A stretch of 63,598 bases of DNA, filler included. It is 8 parts of 8 records of this genome, joined end to end, with 100 filler letters (N's around TTAATTAATTAA, not from the genome) between each part and the next. Parts side by side here need not be neighbours in the genome. Positions count along the whole stretch, not along the records: positions 16,961 to 25,729 come from SRR7504441_2162; positions 25,830 to 37,072 come from SRR7504441_2170; 6 more parts are not named here. One strand, written 5' to 3'. Positions 22,901 through 34,700 of this stretch are shown piece after piece; positions within the stretch are counted from its first letter, which is position 1, and each line of letters starts with the position of its first letter. The notes beneath the pieces were generated by a model, which was not told where the DNA came from, searched no databases, and was given only the letters and a program-made list of their open reading frames with translations. The translations under genes and the position numbers were made by a program.

Positions 22901-25498
22901 CTTTGTTGGCAGTTTGGCTATCAGCGTATGACATCACCTCCACACATAAAGAGTTGAGAGGATCCATTTGATCATATGGCGGGGCAAGCTTCTCCAGGAT
23001 AGCAAGACAGCACTGAACAAATGCCATATTGGCGTCGTAATCAGACATTGCTCGTCCCCACCAGTAGTATTCTTTCTCAAGGATGAGATCAGCAGCATTG
23101 GCAGGAGTCAGTGTGGAGCCTATTGTCCCAAGCACTGCAACTTGGCCACTCGATTCCATGTCATTGAGCAGCTTTAAGATCAGGTCCTTCACCTCATCCC
23201 GCTCGTACTGAGATCTGCACCAGGGCCTCACAACTTTAGGGTTAGGGTTAGGGTTAGGGATCTAGATCTGCACCTCACAACCTTAGCAGATCACTAGCGC
23301 ACCTGGCTGATGTCAATCGCTCAAGCATCTTTTCCGCATGACGAGCAAATAGCTGGTTGTGTCGCGCGAGGTATTCAATGAATGCCTTGCCCTCGGAGTT
23401 GAGCAAGTATGGGTTGTACCTGTCACCAAAGAGCTCCTCGAAAAACTTGCATTCGTCGATCCAGTCATGAAACGCCTTTGGACTCAGTGCGCAGCCCTCG
23501 AGCTCCTCCTTGTGCTTGTGCCAGGTAGGAAATGGCATGACTTTGGTCTCGATCTTACCACTGTCGACCCACTGCATTTCTATCTTGTACATGTTGTACT
23601 TGGGCCGGTAGGTGACTGTGGAGTACTTGTAAGTTGTGACCGCTGGTTTCTCCTTCTGGCCCTCAAGGCTGATCACTTTCAGGATCTCAAACTTCTTCCG
23701 GTTGAGGTAGTTTGTGTCCCAATGGTCAGATGTCACTTCACCCACTCCAGGGCCGTCCACCATCCGTGTCTTGTGCACCTGCACCCAGGCTACCAACCGG
23801 CAACCAGATACAGCACATCACCTCAGTTGCTCCAAGCGTGCGCACTTTCTTGAGCGCAAACTGGTGCATCGGCACTCGATCGGTCCGCCAGCACTGCAAG
23901 ATACAGTGCATCTCCACTCGAAACGTCTTGTTCTGCACCACACTGAGTGAGCAAGCGCAAGCCTGGCCAGCTGCCTTGTCCTCCTGTGAGACAGCCAGCC
24001 GGCCGAGCTTTTCGAACACGGTGTTGAAGTCGGGCAGCTCGTCGTTCTCCCACTTCCAGTGGTGTGCGTCGGCCACAGTGCACTCGCCGAGCACCTTGAG
24101 CACGTTCTCGAGCGCCTGTGACAGTTGCTCCTGGTCAAATGCCTCTTTGTTGTCCGCGAGCAGGTTCAGGATACCCACAGACCCCACCATCGCGTTAGCC
24201 AGCTTCCGGCTGCTGCTGGCCTCCTTTTTGGCCTCTGCGAGCGAGCTCTTGTTTGATTCGTTCTCGTTCTGCGCCAGAGCATCTGCAGCCGCCTTGACCG
24301 CTGCCTCGCTGGCTGCAGCCTGCTGTTGGAGGCTGGCCAGCTCGAGCACCCGGGCGTCTAGGTTGCGCTGGACCAGCGCCTTGAGCTCTAAAGCCACCTG
24401 CTCGCGCTCTGCGCCCACGCTGTTGGCCAGCTCCGCCCGCTTGACAGCAGCGTGAACATCAAACTCTGCGTGCTCCCACTCGGTCCGCGCGGCCTGCTGC
24501 TCGGCCGGGAGCAGCCCCAGCCCGGCCCGGATGATCCCGAGCTCGTCCACCAGCGCCCGCACCGCCTCGAGGTGCTCGGGCGTGCCCTGCGGCCGGCTCA
24601 CCAGGCACTCCAGCCGAGCCCCACCTTCTTGTGCTCGTTGGTGTACAGGATCCGGACCCACTTGCCGGCGTACCTGCGGAGCCTGATGGCCGGGCCGTGT
24701 GGGCCGGGCACCAGGTGAGCTCTGGGCTGAGCAGCTGCTGGAGCACAGGCAGGTACTGCAGGCTGCTGTTGAGTCGTACGTCCCAGTCGATCAGCCGAAT
24801 CAGCTCGAGCAGGATCTTGAGCGTGTCCTCCTTCTTCTTCTGCTGCTCGGTCGGGTACCCGTGGAACTGGCCGGCGCACTCGGACCCGAGCTCCTCTGCG
24901 ATCCAGTGCAGCAGCGAGCTCGCTTTCCCGTGCAGCGGGGCCGAGATGAACGACAGCGCCTCCTGCTTGCTCACCTCGTGCTCGCCCTCGTACTGGTCGC
25001 ACAGCACCTGCGTCGCCCCCTCGCCCTCCGGCCGCCGGCCGCCGGACCTCCCGGGCGAGCGTGATGGCCCGGGCGAAGGTTTGGCGGAACTCGACAGAGT
25101 GGTGCATGTGCATCTTGACCTCGCGCACCCCGTCGAACAGCTCCGGGTCGGTGAGCTGCTTGGCCTGCACCCCGTACGAGTAGCCCGCCGGGCTGTGCTT
25201 GATGTAGTGCACCTGGCCGGCAGCCTGGCGCCGGCCCGCACCAGCTGGGCGGCACCGTGCTGTTGTCGCTCACTCGGAGCAGCTCCAGCGTGGTGTGCTC
25301 CGGCCTGAGCTCCTTGCCCTCGCAGATGAGCTTCATCTCCTTCGGCCCATTCGCGAACCCGGTGATCCGTTTCTTGAGCTCGGCCACAGTCAAGCTCGGG
25401 CTCACGTCCAACAGCTTCTCCTCCCCGATCTTGTTGGCCCCGACCGGCTTGACCGTCAGCCGCTGGGCCGGCGTGTACGGCTTGCTGTACGAATGCAT
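16961..25498 (-). CDS. Very large ubiquitin carboxyl-terminal hydrolase (peptidase C19, USP9X/24/34-like) with N-terminal ubiquitin-like domain and C-terminal UBA-like region; 3'-truncated
   Basis: N-terminal UBL (LTVAELKKRI...MKLICEGKEL). Cys box GLNNQGNTCYQNSTLQQIF, QQDASEFY, His box GIVIQSGSAMAGHYYSFIR..WNEFNDSSV, and AYMLIY. UBA-like CLKAIQALGHCEPPAAVNWII. ORFs are joined by short introns. Confidence 0.9.
23236..23259 (+). repeat. Interstitial telomere-type repeat (TTAGGG)4 inside an intron
   Basis: Four perfect TTAGGG units within the minus-strand intron 23215-23302. Confidence 0.9.
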
Positions 25499-25729
25499 TG
25501 CCCGGCTACCTCCCCTCCGGTCCGGCTTGCCGCCTCCGTGCACCCAGCCTGTTGCTGCGATAGACGGCTCAGTGCCCGCTCACACGCTGGAGCTCGATCC
25601 GTTGTTGTTGTTCCCAGACGTCAGCCCAGCACAGCACATCAGCCTTAGGCTACGTAGCACCTCTTGCATTGATCCGGACGTCTGGCTACAAGATACAAGA
25701 GTTTAGCAATGATTATCAAGCAATCTTGA

Positions 25730-25829
25730 NNNNNNNNNNNNNNNNNNNNNNNNNNNNNNNNNNNNNNNNNNNNTTAATTAATTAANNNNNNNNNNNNNNN
25801 NNNNNNNNNNNNNNNNNNNNNNNNNNNNN
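25730..25829. other. Artificial contig spacer
   Basis: N44-TTAATTAATTAA-N44. Confidence 0.98.
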
Positions 25830-26071
25830 AGGTAAAATTAATATAATTATATCCTTGAGAGCCTTTTATGGTGATCAGAACATCAACTAAGAGTGACGAT
25901 GGCTCGCCCAAGCCTCAAGCTTGCTCAATGTTAGCTTTTGGATAGCTTGCCAGCACTTCCAATGCGGCGTGGTGATTTTGTCAAATCAGCGCAAACCGTC
26001 CGGAAAACAAAAGGTTGATGGAAGCAGTGCGCTGCCCTCACTGAGTGTCACTGAGGGCTCACCAGCGAGGC

Positions 26072-29000
26072 ATGGCTGAGCGTGCAGACCGGCTCCAGCG
26101 CCTGCACGATGTGTTTGGCTCGCTGGACCTGGACCAGAACGGCTCGATCTACACCGCCGAGCTGCTCGAGTTATGCTCGCCCAGGCTCAGCTACGGCGGG
26201 GCCTGGACCGACGCCCAGAACAGCCAGCTGGTGGGATCGATGGACCGGCAGGGCCTGCTCAAGGTGAGCGCCGACCAGTTCGTTGCGAGCTACCTGCCGG
26301 CGCTCCCACAGTCGCCCGAGCAGTTTGAGGCCACAGTCCGCGAGTTTGAGGCCGCGGCCGCTCGGCTCAGCACCGCCCGCCGTGCCGCCCAGCCCCAGGC
26401 TGGAGCTGGTCCCTTCGAGGGAGCTCAGCGGGCCGAAGCGGCGCGGAGGTCACAGGGCGCTGACCATCGTATTGGAGCGCTCGAGACGCAGCTGGCTGAG
26501 GCAAAGGCAAAGGTCGCCCAGATGGACAGCTCGCAGACGCAGAGGGCGGCCGAACTCACGCGGGTCGAGCAGATGCTAACGACATCCGAGCACACGGTGG
26601 CAGAGCTGCAGCACATGCTGAGCGAGACGGCAGCGGACACCGAGGCCATCGATCTGAGGCAGAAAGTGAGAGAGCTCGAGCAACAGCGGGATGCTGCAAT
26701 TGCCCAGGCCGATAGCGCCACTCTCAACTTGAGTGACTCGACTGCTCGACTGTCGGCTCTCCAGCATCAAGTCGATGAACTGGAGAATCAGATGCACCCT
26801 GATCCGGTGATCTGCTTGGCTCGCTGCCCGTGAGTCCGTGGTCAGGTTGCTGAGCTTCAAGCCGCCCAGGATCTGCTCAAACTCGTCTCCGCGGAAAGGG
26901 ACTCGCTGACACAGCGACTTCAAGCACGAGAATCAGATCAGTCTGAAAATGCTGTCATGTTGCTCCAGAATCAAATGGACCAGTGCACAGCTAGTGCTGC
27001 TGCGCTGTGGGCCGTCCACCAGTGGCGTGTAAACTGGGATGCATCCAAAATCGAAAGCCTCTGCCATGAACTGAGCAAGCACAGTGCTTTGAAGCTTCCA
27101 TCGGCAACCCATGGTACGGAGGGGCACGATCGTTCGCTGGATCGAAGTGAACCCCATGAACTTCTTGTCATGGAAAACCGTGCACTCCATAATGAAATAG
27201 ATGAGTTGCAAGCACAGGTGGACATAGCTTGCCAGATGCTTGATAAGGTTGTTCGTTGTGACCATCAGAAGGCTGGCTTACTGACGCGCTCTGTCAAACA
27301 TCGTCAAAATAAGGCTTTCAAAGATGCCCTTCTTTCTGGATTCGGTCTTTGGGTTCGTAATTTTCTGTCATTGAAGCTGAAAAAGAGCCAAGGACAACGA
27401 GAAGAGCTTGCTGATGGCAGAGCTAACTCCGTGATAGGAGAAGCTCAACAATTCAAACCGCATCAAAGCGGCCCTAAGGAGTCTCGCACTGATCCCATGC
27501 GAGAGACAACATGGGAGGCTCAAGAAAATGAACTTGATTGTGAGATAGAGGCATTGCGGCAATCTCTATTGATCCAAAGTGAAACAATGCAACAAAACGA
27601 AGCTGAGATCATGGCAGAAATGAAAGAATTGCGAGATTCCTCGGCATTGGAGATTTCGAGGCTGCAACAAAATCAGAAAGAACTAACAGTTCAGCTCCAA
27701 GAAATGACTGTGTTGCTGGCATCCAAAGATGTGGAAGTACGTGAGCAGCTGCAGAACCGGGAGGCCGAATTTGAGTTGGAGTTGGGTCAGTTGACGCAAA
27801 CATCTGTGTCAAGGAACGAGGAGTACCGTGCGCAATTCGAGAAACGCGAGGCTGAGCTGAAGTCTGAGCTCTATGAGCAGCAGGAAACCTATGCTTCTCA
27901 GAATAAGCAGCTGCAAGATAAGATGGCAACCCAGGAAGCCAAGCTGACATCTGAATTAGAGCAGCTAAAGCGAGCATCCACGATGCAAGATAGGGAGCTG
28001 CAAAGTCGGGAATCTGAGCTGATGGCCGAGCTGGAGCAGCTGAAGCAGTCATCCTTATCAAAAGATGCGGTGCTGCGTGAACGGCAGGAGCATCGTGAGG
28101 CAGAGCTGACAGCTGAATTGGAATTGCTCACGCAAACAAGCTTGCAGAACGATGCGCGGCTGCGTGAATGTCTGGAAACTCGTGAGGCAGAGCTAACAGC
28201 TGCGCTGGAAAAGCTGCAAGAAACTGGTTTTCATGAAGTAATGCAGCAGCAGCACCACCAGCACCAGCAGCACCACCACCACCAGCAGCAGCAGCAGCAG
28301 TTAGAGATTGGTCACATGAAACCTGAAGGAAGCTTGGAGCGGCTGGAGGGGTCATCCACGTTGCAGGATAGGGAGCTGCGCCAGCAGCTGGAGAGGCGGG
28401 AGTCTGAGCTGATGGCTGAGCTGGGGCAGCTGAAGCAGTCATCGGCATCCACAGACAAACACATGTACGATGGACTGCAGATTTTGACGGAGGAGTTGCG
28501 AGAAATCAAGCAGAAGCAAACGTCAACGCCGTCCGAGCTGGCTCAAACAGTACTCCTGCTCAGGGAGAAATCAGTGACAATAAGTCGCATGGTCGACCTC
28601 AAAGCAAGAGACTCGGTTATGAGATCTATGGCGTATGTGTTCAGGGTTTGGGCGCACATCGTCCAGTCACTTCGGGCTCGAAGGTTACATGAAGAGCTTG
28701 ATGGAACAAAGCAAGAGCTGAATGAAGTCAACAAGAAGGCAAGCGAACTACAGTATTCTATCGAGGAGTTGGAATCCACCCTCAAAGGGGTGAAAGTTGA
28801 ATATTTGCACCACGAGACTCAGTTTGAGGCTGCACTGGATGAGCTGAAACGATCTTCAGCAGTAGAAGTCGAGAACGCTCGAAAGCTAGAGGTCCAAAAG
28901 GCAGAGCGAGCGTTAAATGACCTCCAGGAGTCAATGAGAGCAGAAACTGTACACCAGAATGACATCGTTGCAAAATTGCAAAGTGAAATAGAATCCATGG

Positions 29001-31091
29001 CTAGAGTCTGCGATGGACTTCGGAGTAGGGAAGTAAAGTTGGTAGCTGAGTTGGATGCCCTGAGAGAGTCAACTGCAGCCGAGATACAGAGGTTAGAAAA
29101 CGTGACGACAAGAGCGCATTGTGAAGTGGAAGCTCTTAAATTGTCGGCAGAAGCAGAGATTAAGGCTCTTTCTGGTCGAGAATGTAATCTGAAGGACGAC
29201 CTAATTGCGTTGAATCAAAAATCTTTGTCTGAGGCGAAAGTATCGTCGGACAATGATTTGCATCGTGCTGCTGAGCTTGATTCTCTGCAGAAGTCTGCTG
29301 CAGCCGATGCGGCTCAACTTACACGAGTTCAACAGCAAAATTCTGAACTGCAGCAACAACTAGAGGACATGCGGCAAAGTACCGACAGGATAGAGCTGGA
29401 GAAAGAGGAGCTCCTGGCTCGTGAAGCGGAATTGCAACATGAGCTTAATATCCTTGCATCTCAGCTCCAGGGGCTCACTGTCGAGAGCAGTGAAACTCAG
29501 GGACAACGTGACGAAGCTTTGAATCTCTTGGATGAAATCACAGCAGATAATCAGCAAAAGACTGCTGTGATCAATCAAATGAGCAAGAAGTCCAGGCAAT
29601 TTAGGAATAAGGTGCGACTGAAAGATGCGTTTCACATTTGGACTTGTGCTGTTAGCGTCAATATCGTGCATGCCGCAAAGGAAAGCCAGGCAGCAGCTCT
29701 CCATGACAAGGATGAGGCACTTCACATGGTGTCAAGGGGCCACGAAACTATAGCTAGTTTGCAAGCCAGAGTGCTTGAATTAGAGACCAGCGTCAGGGAG
29801 TGTATAGCTGTAAGCTCAAAGCTTGAGGAGGATTCCACAACACAGGAGGAGATCCACCAGCAGGTAGTCGCTAATTTGCATAGTGAAATCACTGAGCTGA
29901 AGCAAAAGATTGAAGATTGTGCTTTAGCTGAGGAGAATCTTGCCAGGCTGACAAAGGAAATGCAAGAGTCCAAGGCAAGCCACAGCATTGATATCCCGGA
30001 GGCAACAAGGATGGAAGAGGAGCTTCGGGAGATTCTGGAACAGGGTTTAACCGCAGCTCAGACTTCGGCGGCAGAGGCGAGTTCACAGCTAGAGCAGTTG
30101 CGAATCGAAATTGATGACCCATCTGTGGGTCAAGCGCGGCAAGGTGAGACAGATGTAGAAGCTGGTCCAGATCCTGCTGCCATAACAGCTGGTCCAGATC
30201 ATGCTGGGCACCTAAGTCCTGCCGAACTTCAGGAATGTTTGGCTTGTGCCCTTGGTAAGATAACAAATCTGATTCAGCTGCTTGCTGAAAACAATGTGTC
30301 TTCAGAGACCAGAGAAATTCAGGAACAACTGACGCATGGAGCGCAACGAGACATGGAAAATGCGTGTGGCATGGTAGCTAGAGCAGAAGCACAGGTTGCA
30401 GCAATCCAAAAGGATAACGAGTGGCAACAAGCCAAAGCAGAAGAGGCAGGTGCAGCAGCACGATTTGCTTCGATTGTAGCTTCTGCCGCTCAAGAGGAGG
30501 CTACTGCGGTTACGCTGGAGCTTGAACAGTCGCGTGTATTAGTTCAGACGCTGCAAGTCACATTATCTAATCAGCAGAGCCAGGCAAAGCGGGATCGAGG
30601 TGTCAGCTCTGGTGACGTAGGGGTACAGCGATTGGAGCTGAACAGCCTACATGGAAGAAAAGCGGTGGAAACGTCCCACTCGTTGCAACTGGAGAACGAG
30701 AAGCTCAAGGCTGAGCTCAGGACCAGAGAATTGGAGTTCGCTAGTGAGTGTGCCAGGTATTAGCAAGCTTCATGCCGGGATAACTGATCATTTGGCCCGT
30801 GTTTTCAGGTGGAGGGAAGAGAACAAGAAGCTAATGAATAAGATCGAGCAGCAGAATAGCGAGGCGCAGCCAACACTGTCGCCAAATGTCATACAAGTGA
30901 CAAATCAGCTGTATGTTAAGGGCCCCACTGCATTGGAAGAAGAAAATGTGGAGCTATCAGCAAGCAAGCTTGAGGAAGCCACAAAAAGACAAGGTACACA
31001 ACTCAAGGAAGCCTACCACATTCGGGGGTTGTTAGACAACGTCTCAAACACCCACCCGACCGCAAGTGATGGTCTAAGTTTTGACTTTTGA
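26072..31091 (+). CDS. Giant EF-hand + coiled-coil protein (~1600 aa)
   Basis: N-terminal EF-hand DLDQNGSIYTAEL. A 1268-aa open coiled-coil region with internal REAEL..ELEQL repeats and a poly-Q/H tract. GT-AG introns near 26808 and 30757. Confidence 0.8.
28243..28300 (+). repeat. CAG/CAC trinucleotide tract (poly-Gln/His)
   Basis: Encodes QQQHHQHQQHHHHQQQQQQ within the coiled-coil ORF. Confidence 0.85.
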
Positions 31092-31705
31092 GCCTTTGAC
31101 AGCTTGGAACTCCGACGCTTCTGATTCTGAGTAGATGCGTACAAGTAGATACATTACGTACTCTTGCACTTATCCTTCACTTATCCCTGAAATAACCCCA
31201 AGATAGGCCTTAGTGTTCTAAAATTCCGACATTCATGACATTGTATACATTGTATACCGTACTGATAATTTGATACGTGTACTTCAAAGTATTTACTTGA
31301 AAGAAATTTGGTGGCAACAGTTTCATTTATTATATTTCAAAAATGACGGAATGAGAGGCTTCGTACAAGCAATAGAATGAACATGTAGGGAGCATGCACT
31401 GGCTCATTACAGCCGTTTACTCGTATTCAGTGCTCTCTTGAGGAGCTGACACTTCCAAGAATCACAATCCTTGAATGCACCAAGTACGTGTACTCGTATC
31501 ACCATTGCTTGCCTCATGACAGCAGGAGCGAGTGTTGTTGCACAAAGACACTATCGCTTCGCTTGCTGTGTCGCTTTGATTTATCCACCCCTTCCTAGGA
31601 GAGGGCATGCCCATCTAATGCACCTAGGGTATCCATTGCCCAGGACCAGCGACTTTCTAAATACCACCACCGCGAGCTCTTTTTGTTATCTTTTTGTTGC
31701 TCGGA

Positions 31706-34700
31706 CTATGCACTTTTACTATCATTTGCAACACCACCGTTTGGTGCTTTAGAGCCCGCGACACTGGTATTGCTGGCACCGCTGGCACCGCTCGCACCGC
31801 TGGCACCACTGGCGTTCTTGCCAGCATTTGGCAATGCTTCATAAAACACTAGACATGGCTGCAACGCACCCCTGTAACACTTGAGCACCACGTCTTCGAA
31901 TACACCCACAGGCTTGACCATGGTATCATCAAGCACCAGCCACTGATCTGTGTCACCTTCCCTGGCAAACGCACAAAAGTGCCGACCATAATAGCATATC
32001 ATTCCCCGCATCTTGCACCTCTTCTCAGAAGACCAACCCTTGGTCTTTTTTGCTGAAACATGGCTAAAGACTGTCCCCAAATGCAGCACTTCATCCATGC
32101 TGTCAACTACCTTTTTAATGTTCTCTTGTGACTCGTTACCACTCTCCCAGCTGATCCCTAGAGTGAAAACCTCTGGATAATTCTTCAGTTCCAGAGGAGC
32201 ATGCCGTTCAGGATGCTGTGCCTTTTGCTGGCCCTTCCCCTTTTTATTGCCCCCAGAACTGTGGTTACCCTGTGAGCTCTCGGTATCTTTCTGATCCTGC
32301 CGTGCCTCTTGAGGAGGACTTGTGCCGTACTGATCTTGCAGCACATGCTTGAGGACAGTGTGGAACCGTCGTTTAGTTGAGACATCTCTGGCATTTGTCA
32401 CATAGTCCCTAATGGCTGCAGCTGCTATGTAATGTACAAAGCTCTTGTAGGTAAGAGGCTCAACCTGTGAGTGGTCCAGCAGCTCAAGGCTAAACACACT
32501 GTCTGTCAGAGAGGCAGACCAACTGCTTCTGAGACATTCTAATACAGCCTCATGAGCCTCTGCAGCGTCATCCATCAGTCCCATCTGGAACCTGTCGTTG
32601 TCGACTTTACTGAGAGCCTCGCGCAAGGCATTTGACTGCACGGCAGTCCCCCGCTTTTCCTCACTCCCCAAAGCACTATTGTAGGCTGAAAAAACATCAT
32701 ACAAAGCAGAGAGCACAGCCCCCTTCTCATCACCCTCAACGGATCCTTGCACACACTGGGTACTGTTTGCTTGCGAAAGAGGTGATTCTTCACATGACTG
32801 TAAAAACTTTTGGCGGAAACCTTGGAGATGCCAAAGGCTCTGGATGACGACATTGAGAAAACAGTTGCGTTCTCCAACCTCATTACTAAGTCCCATCGTA
32901 GCGCGTTCGTCAGCAAGTTGGGTTCCTGGTGTCCGTGGAGTGCTCGGAATCCGTTGCAATTCAGCAACCTCTGGCAGTTCAGCAGGTACCTCTGACGGTG
33001 GCTTGGAGCATGCTGCACTTTGGGTTGTTGCATGCTTTGCCGGGACAACTGATACTCCTGCTTGTTCCAGCAATTCAAGGAACACAGGCTGGCACTCATC
33101 AGAAGCCAGACCGTTTCGCATGCGGCTAGCCAGTTCTGTGACTATGTCCTTGGCGAGCCATGGTTCAACATCATGAAAATAAGTTGCCATCTCTCCAACC
33201 AGTTCGACAGAGGCTAGTTGCTCGGCCACAATATTGCCTAGGGCTTGTTGAAGGTCTTGATCAGTGACAATTGGCTTCTTCCTATCATTCTTGGTATTGC
33301 CAACAGACACCCATTCTTCAGAAGAAGGTGCTGCAGAGAGTGACACATCAGACCCTACAGAGGCTGACATTGTTGTCTGACCATTGAAACCACACATGGA
33401 ACAGGCATCATCTCCTTGCTCATTCACAAATGTACATTGGCTGCAGATCCACTGTCCAGGCTTCAATTCGACATGCCCAACATCGTGATCAATGGCAAAG
33501 GGTGTTTGCACAGGCTGGCTTGGAGTGGATGTGTCTTGTGCTGAATGTGGCGTGGCATTGTTGCTGGGATCTTGCAATGCTTGGCTTGCTGATTTAATAT
33601 CTGCGATCCGTACTTCCTCGAGTCGTTTTGCCTCCTCTTGCAGTATTGCTGCTTCTACTTTTGCAGCTTCTTCTGCTCGCTTCTGCTCCTCATTTATTGC
33701 CTGCAGTCGCCGTTGCTCTTGCTGCAACTGTCTCTCGTACTCCTCGTCCTGTAGCCGCTTTTCCTCTTGAAACAACTTCATGGCAGTTAACTTCTCTTCT
33801 TCGGCTCTTTTCCTTGCCTCGGTCTCCTGGTCCTGTTTTCGCTTCTCTTTTAGTTCCTGTTTCTCCTTTTCTTTCCGCTTCTTTTCCTGGTCATCTCCTC
33901 CTTTCTTCTTTTTGCTTTGCTTTTGATTCTGCTTCTGCCCCTTCTGTTGAGCAGTTTCCTCTTCTTTCATAAGGCCTTCGGCTAATTCTGTTGCCTTCTG
34001 AGCCTGCCGCTCTAATTCTTCCTTCTGTGCTTGCTCCTGTTTCTCCTGATCAGCCTTCTTTAATTCCATCTTGTGCGATCCATAAGCAAGTTCAAACTGC
34101 TCCTTTAGCTTGGCTCCAGCAACAGCAGACCCGGCAAGAAATGCATCATCTTGCATCAAAGCAAGCTTCCTCATCGTGTGCATGGTATGATTGGCATCAG
34201 CAAGAATGCCGTAACATTTCCTAATTGCACTGTGCTGTTGATCAGCAGTGATTGCAGCTAACCGATAGCACTCATGCAGTGAACAACCTGCACTTTTGAA
34301 GAGTTCTGTCTCGTCCTCATCAAGAGGGTTTGGCTCGATCCATCGATCCATCTCAGGGTCGTGGTCCCTGTCTCCACCAAGTCCATGCATACCCAAACCC
34401 CTCTGCCTGTTGAAGAGGTAGCTTTCTTGCACCTTGCGAGAGACATTTTCCATCAACCGTCGACAACTCCTCTGAAGATTGAATGATGCATTGCTGTGAC
34501 TATCAAAATGTTGGATGTGTTCACTGATCTCTTTCAGCTCTGATAGCATCTTGTTTGCACGTTCTGCCAGCAACGCGCCAAATCGCTCGCGCTCCTCATC
34601 CTCGGCAGCACTAGCCCCCTCAGTATCCACACCTTTCACATGGTCCTGCGCTTTCTCTGCAATCTTGTGGTGCTGCTCTTGGAGCAAACGTCTTTGTTCA

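Noticed and set aside
23236-23259. True chromosome end or misjoin at the TTAGGG tract
   Set aside because: There are only four units, and the USP reading frame continues correctly across the spliced intron (LTSAR|SQYERDE).
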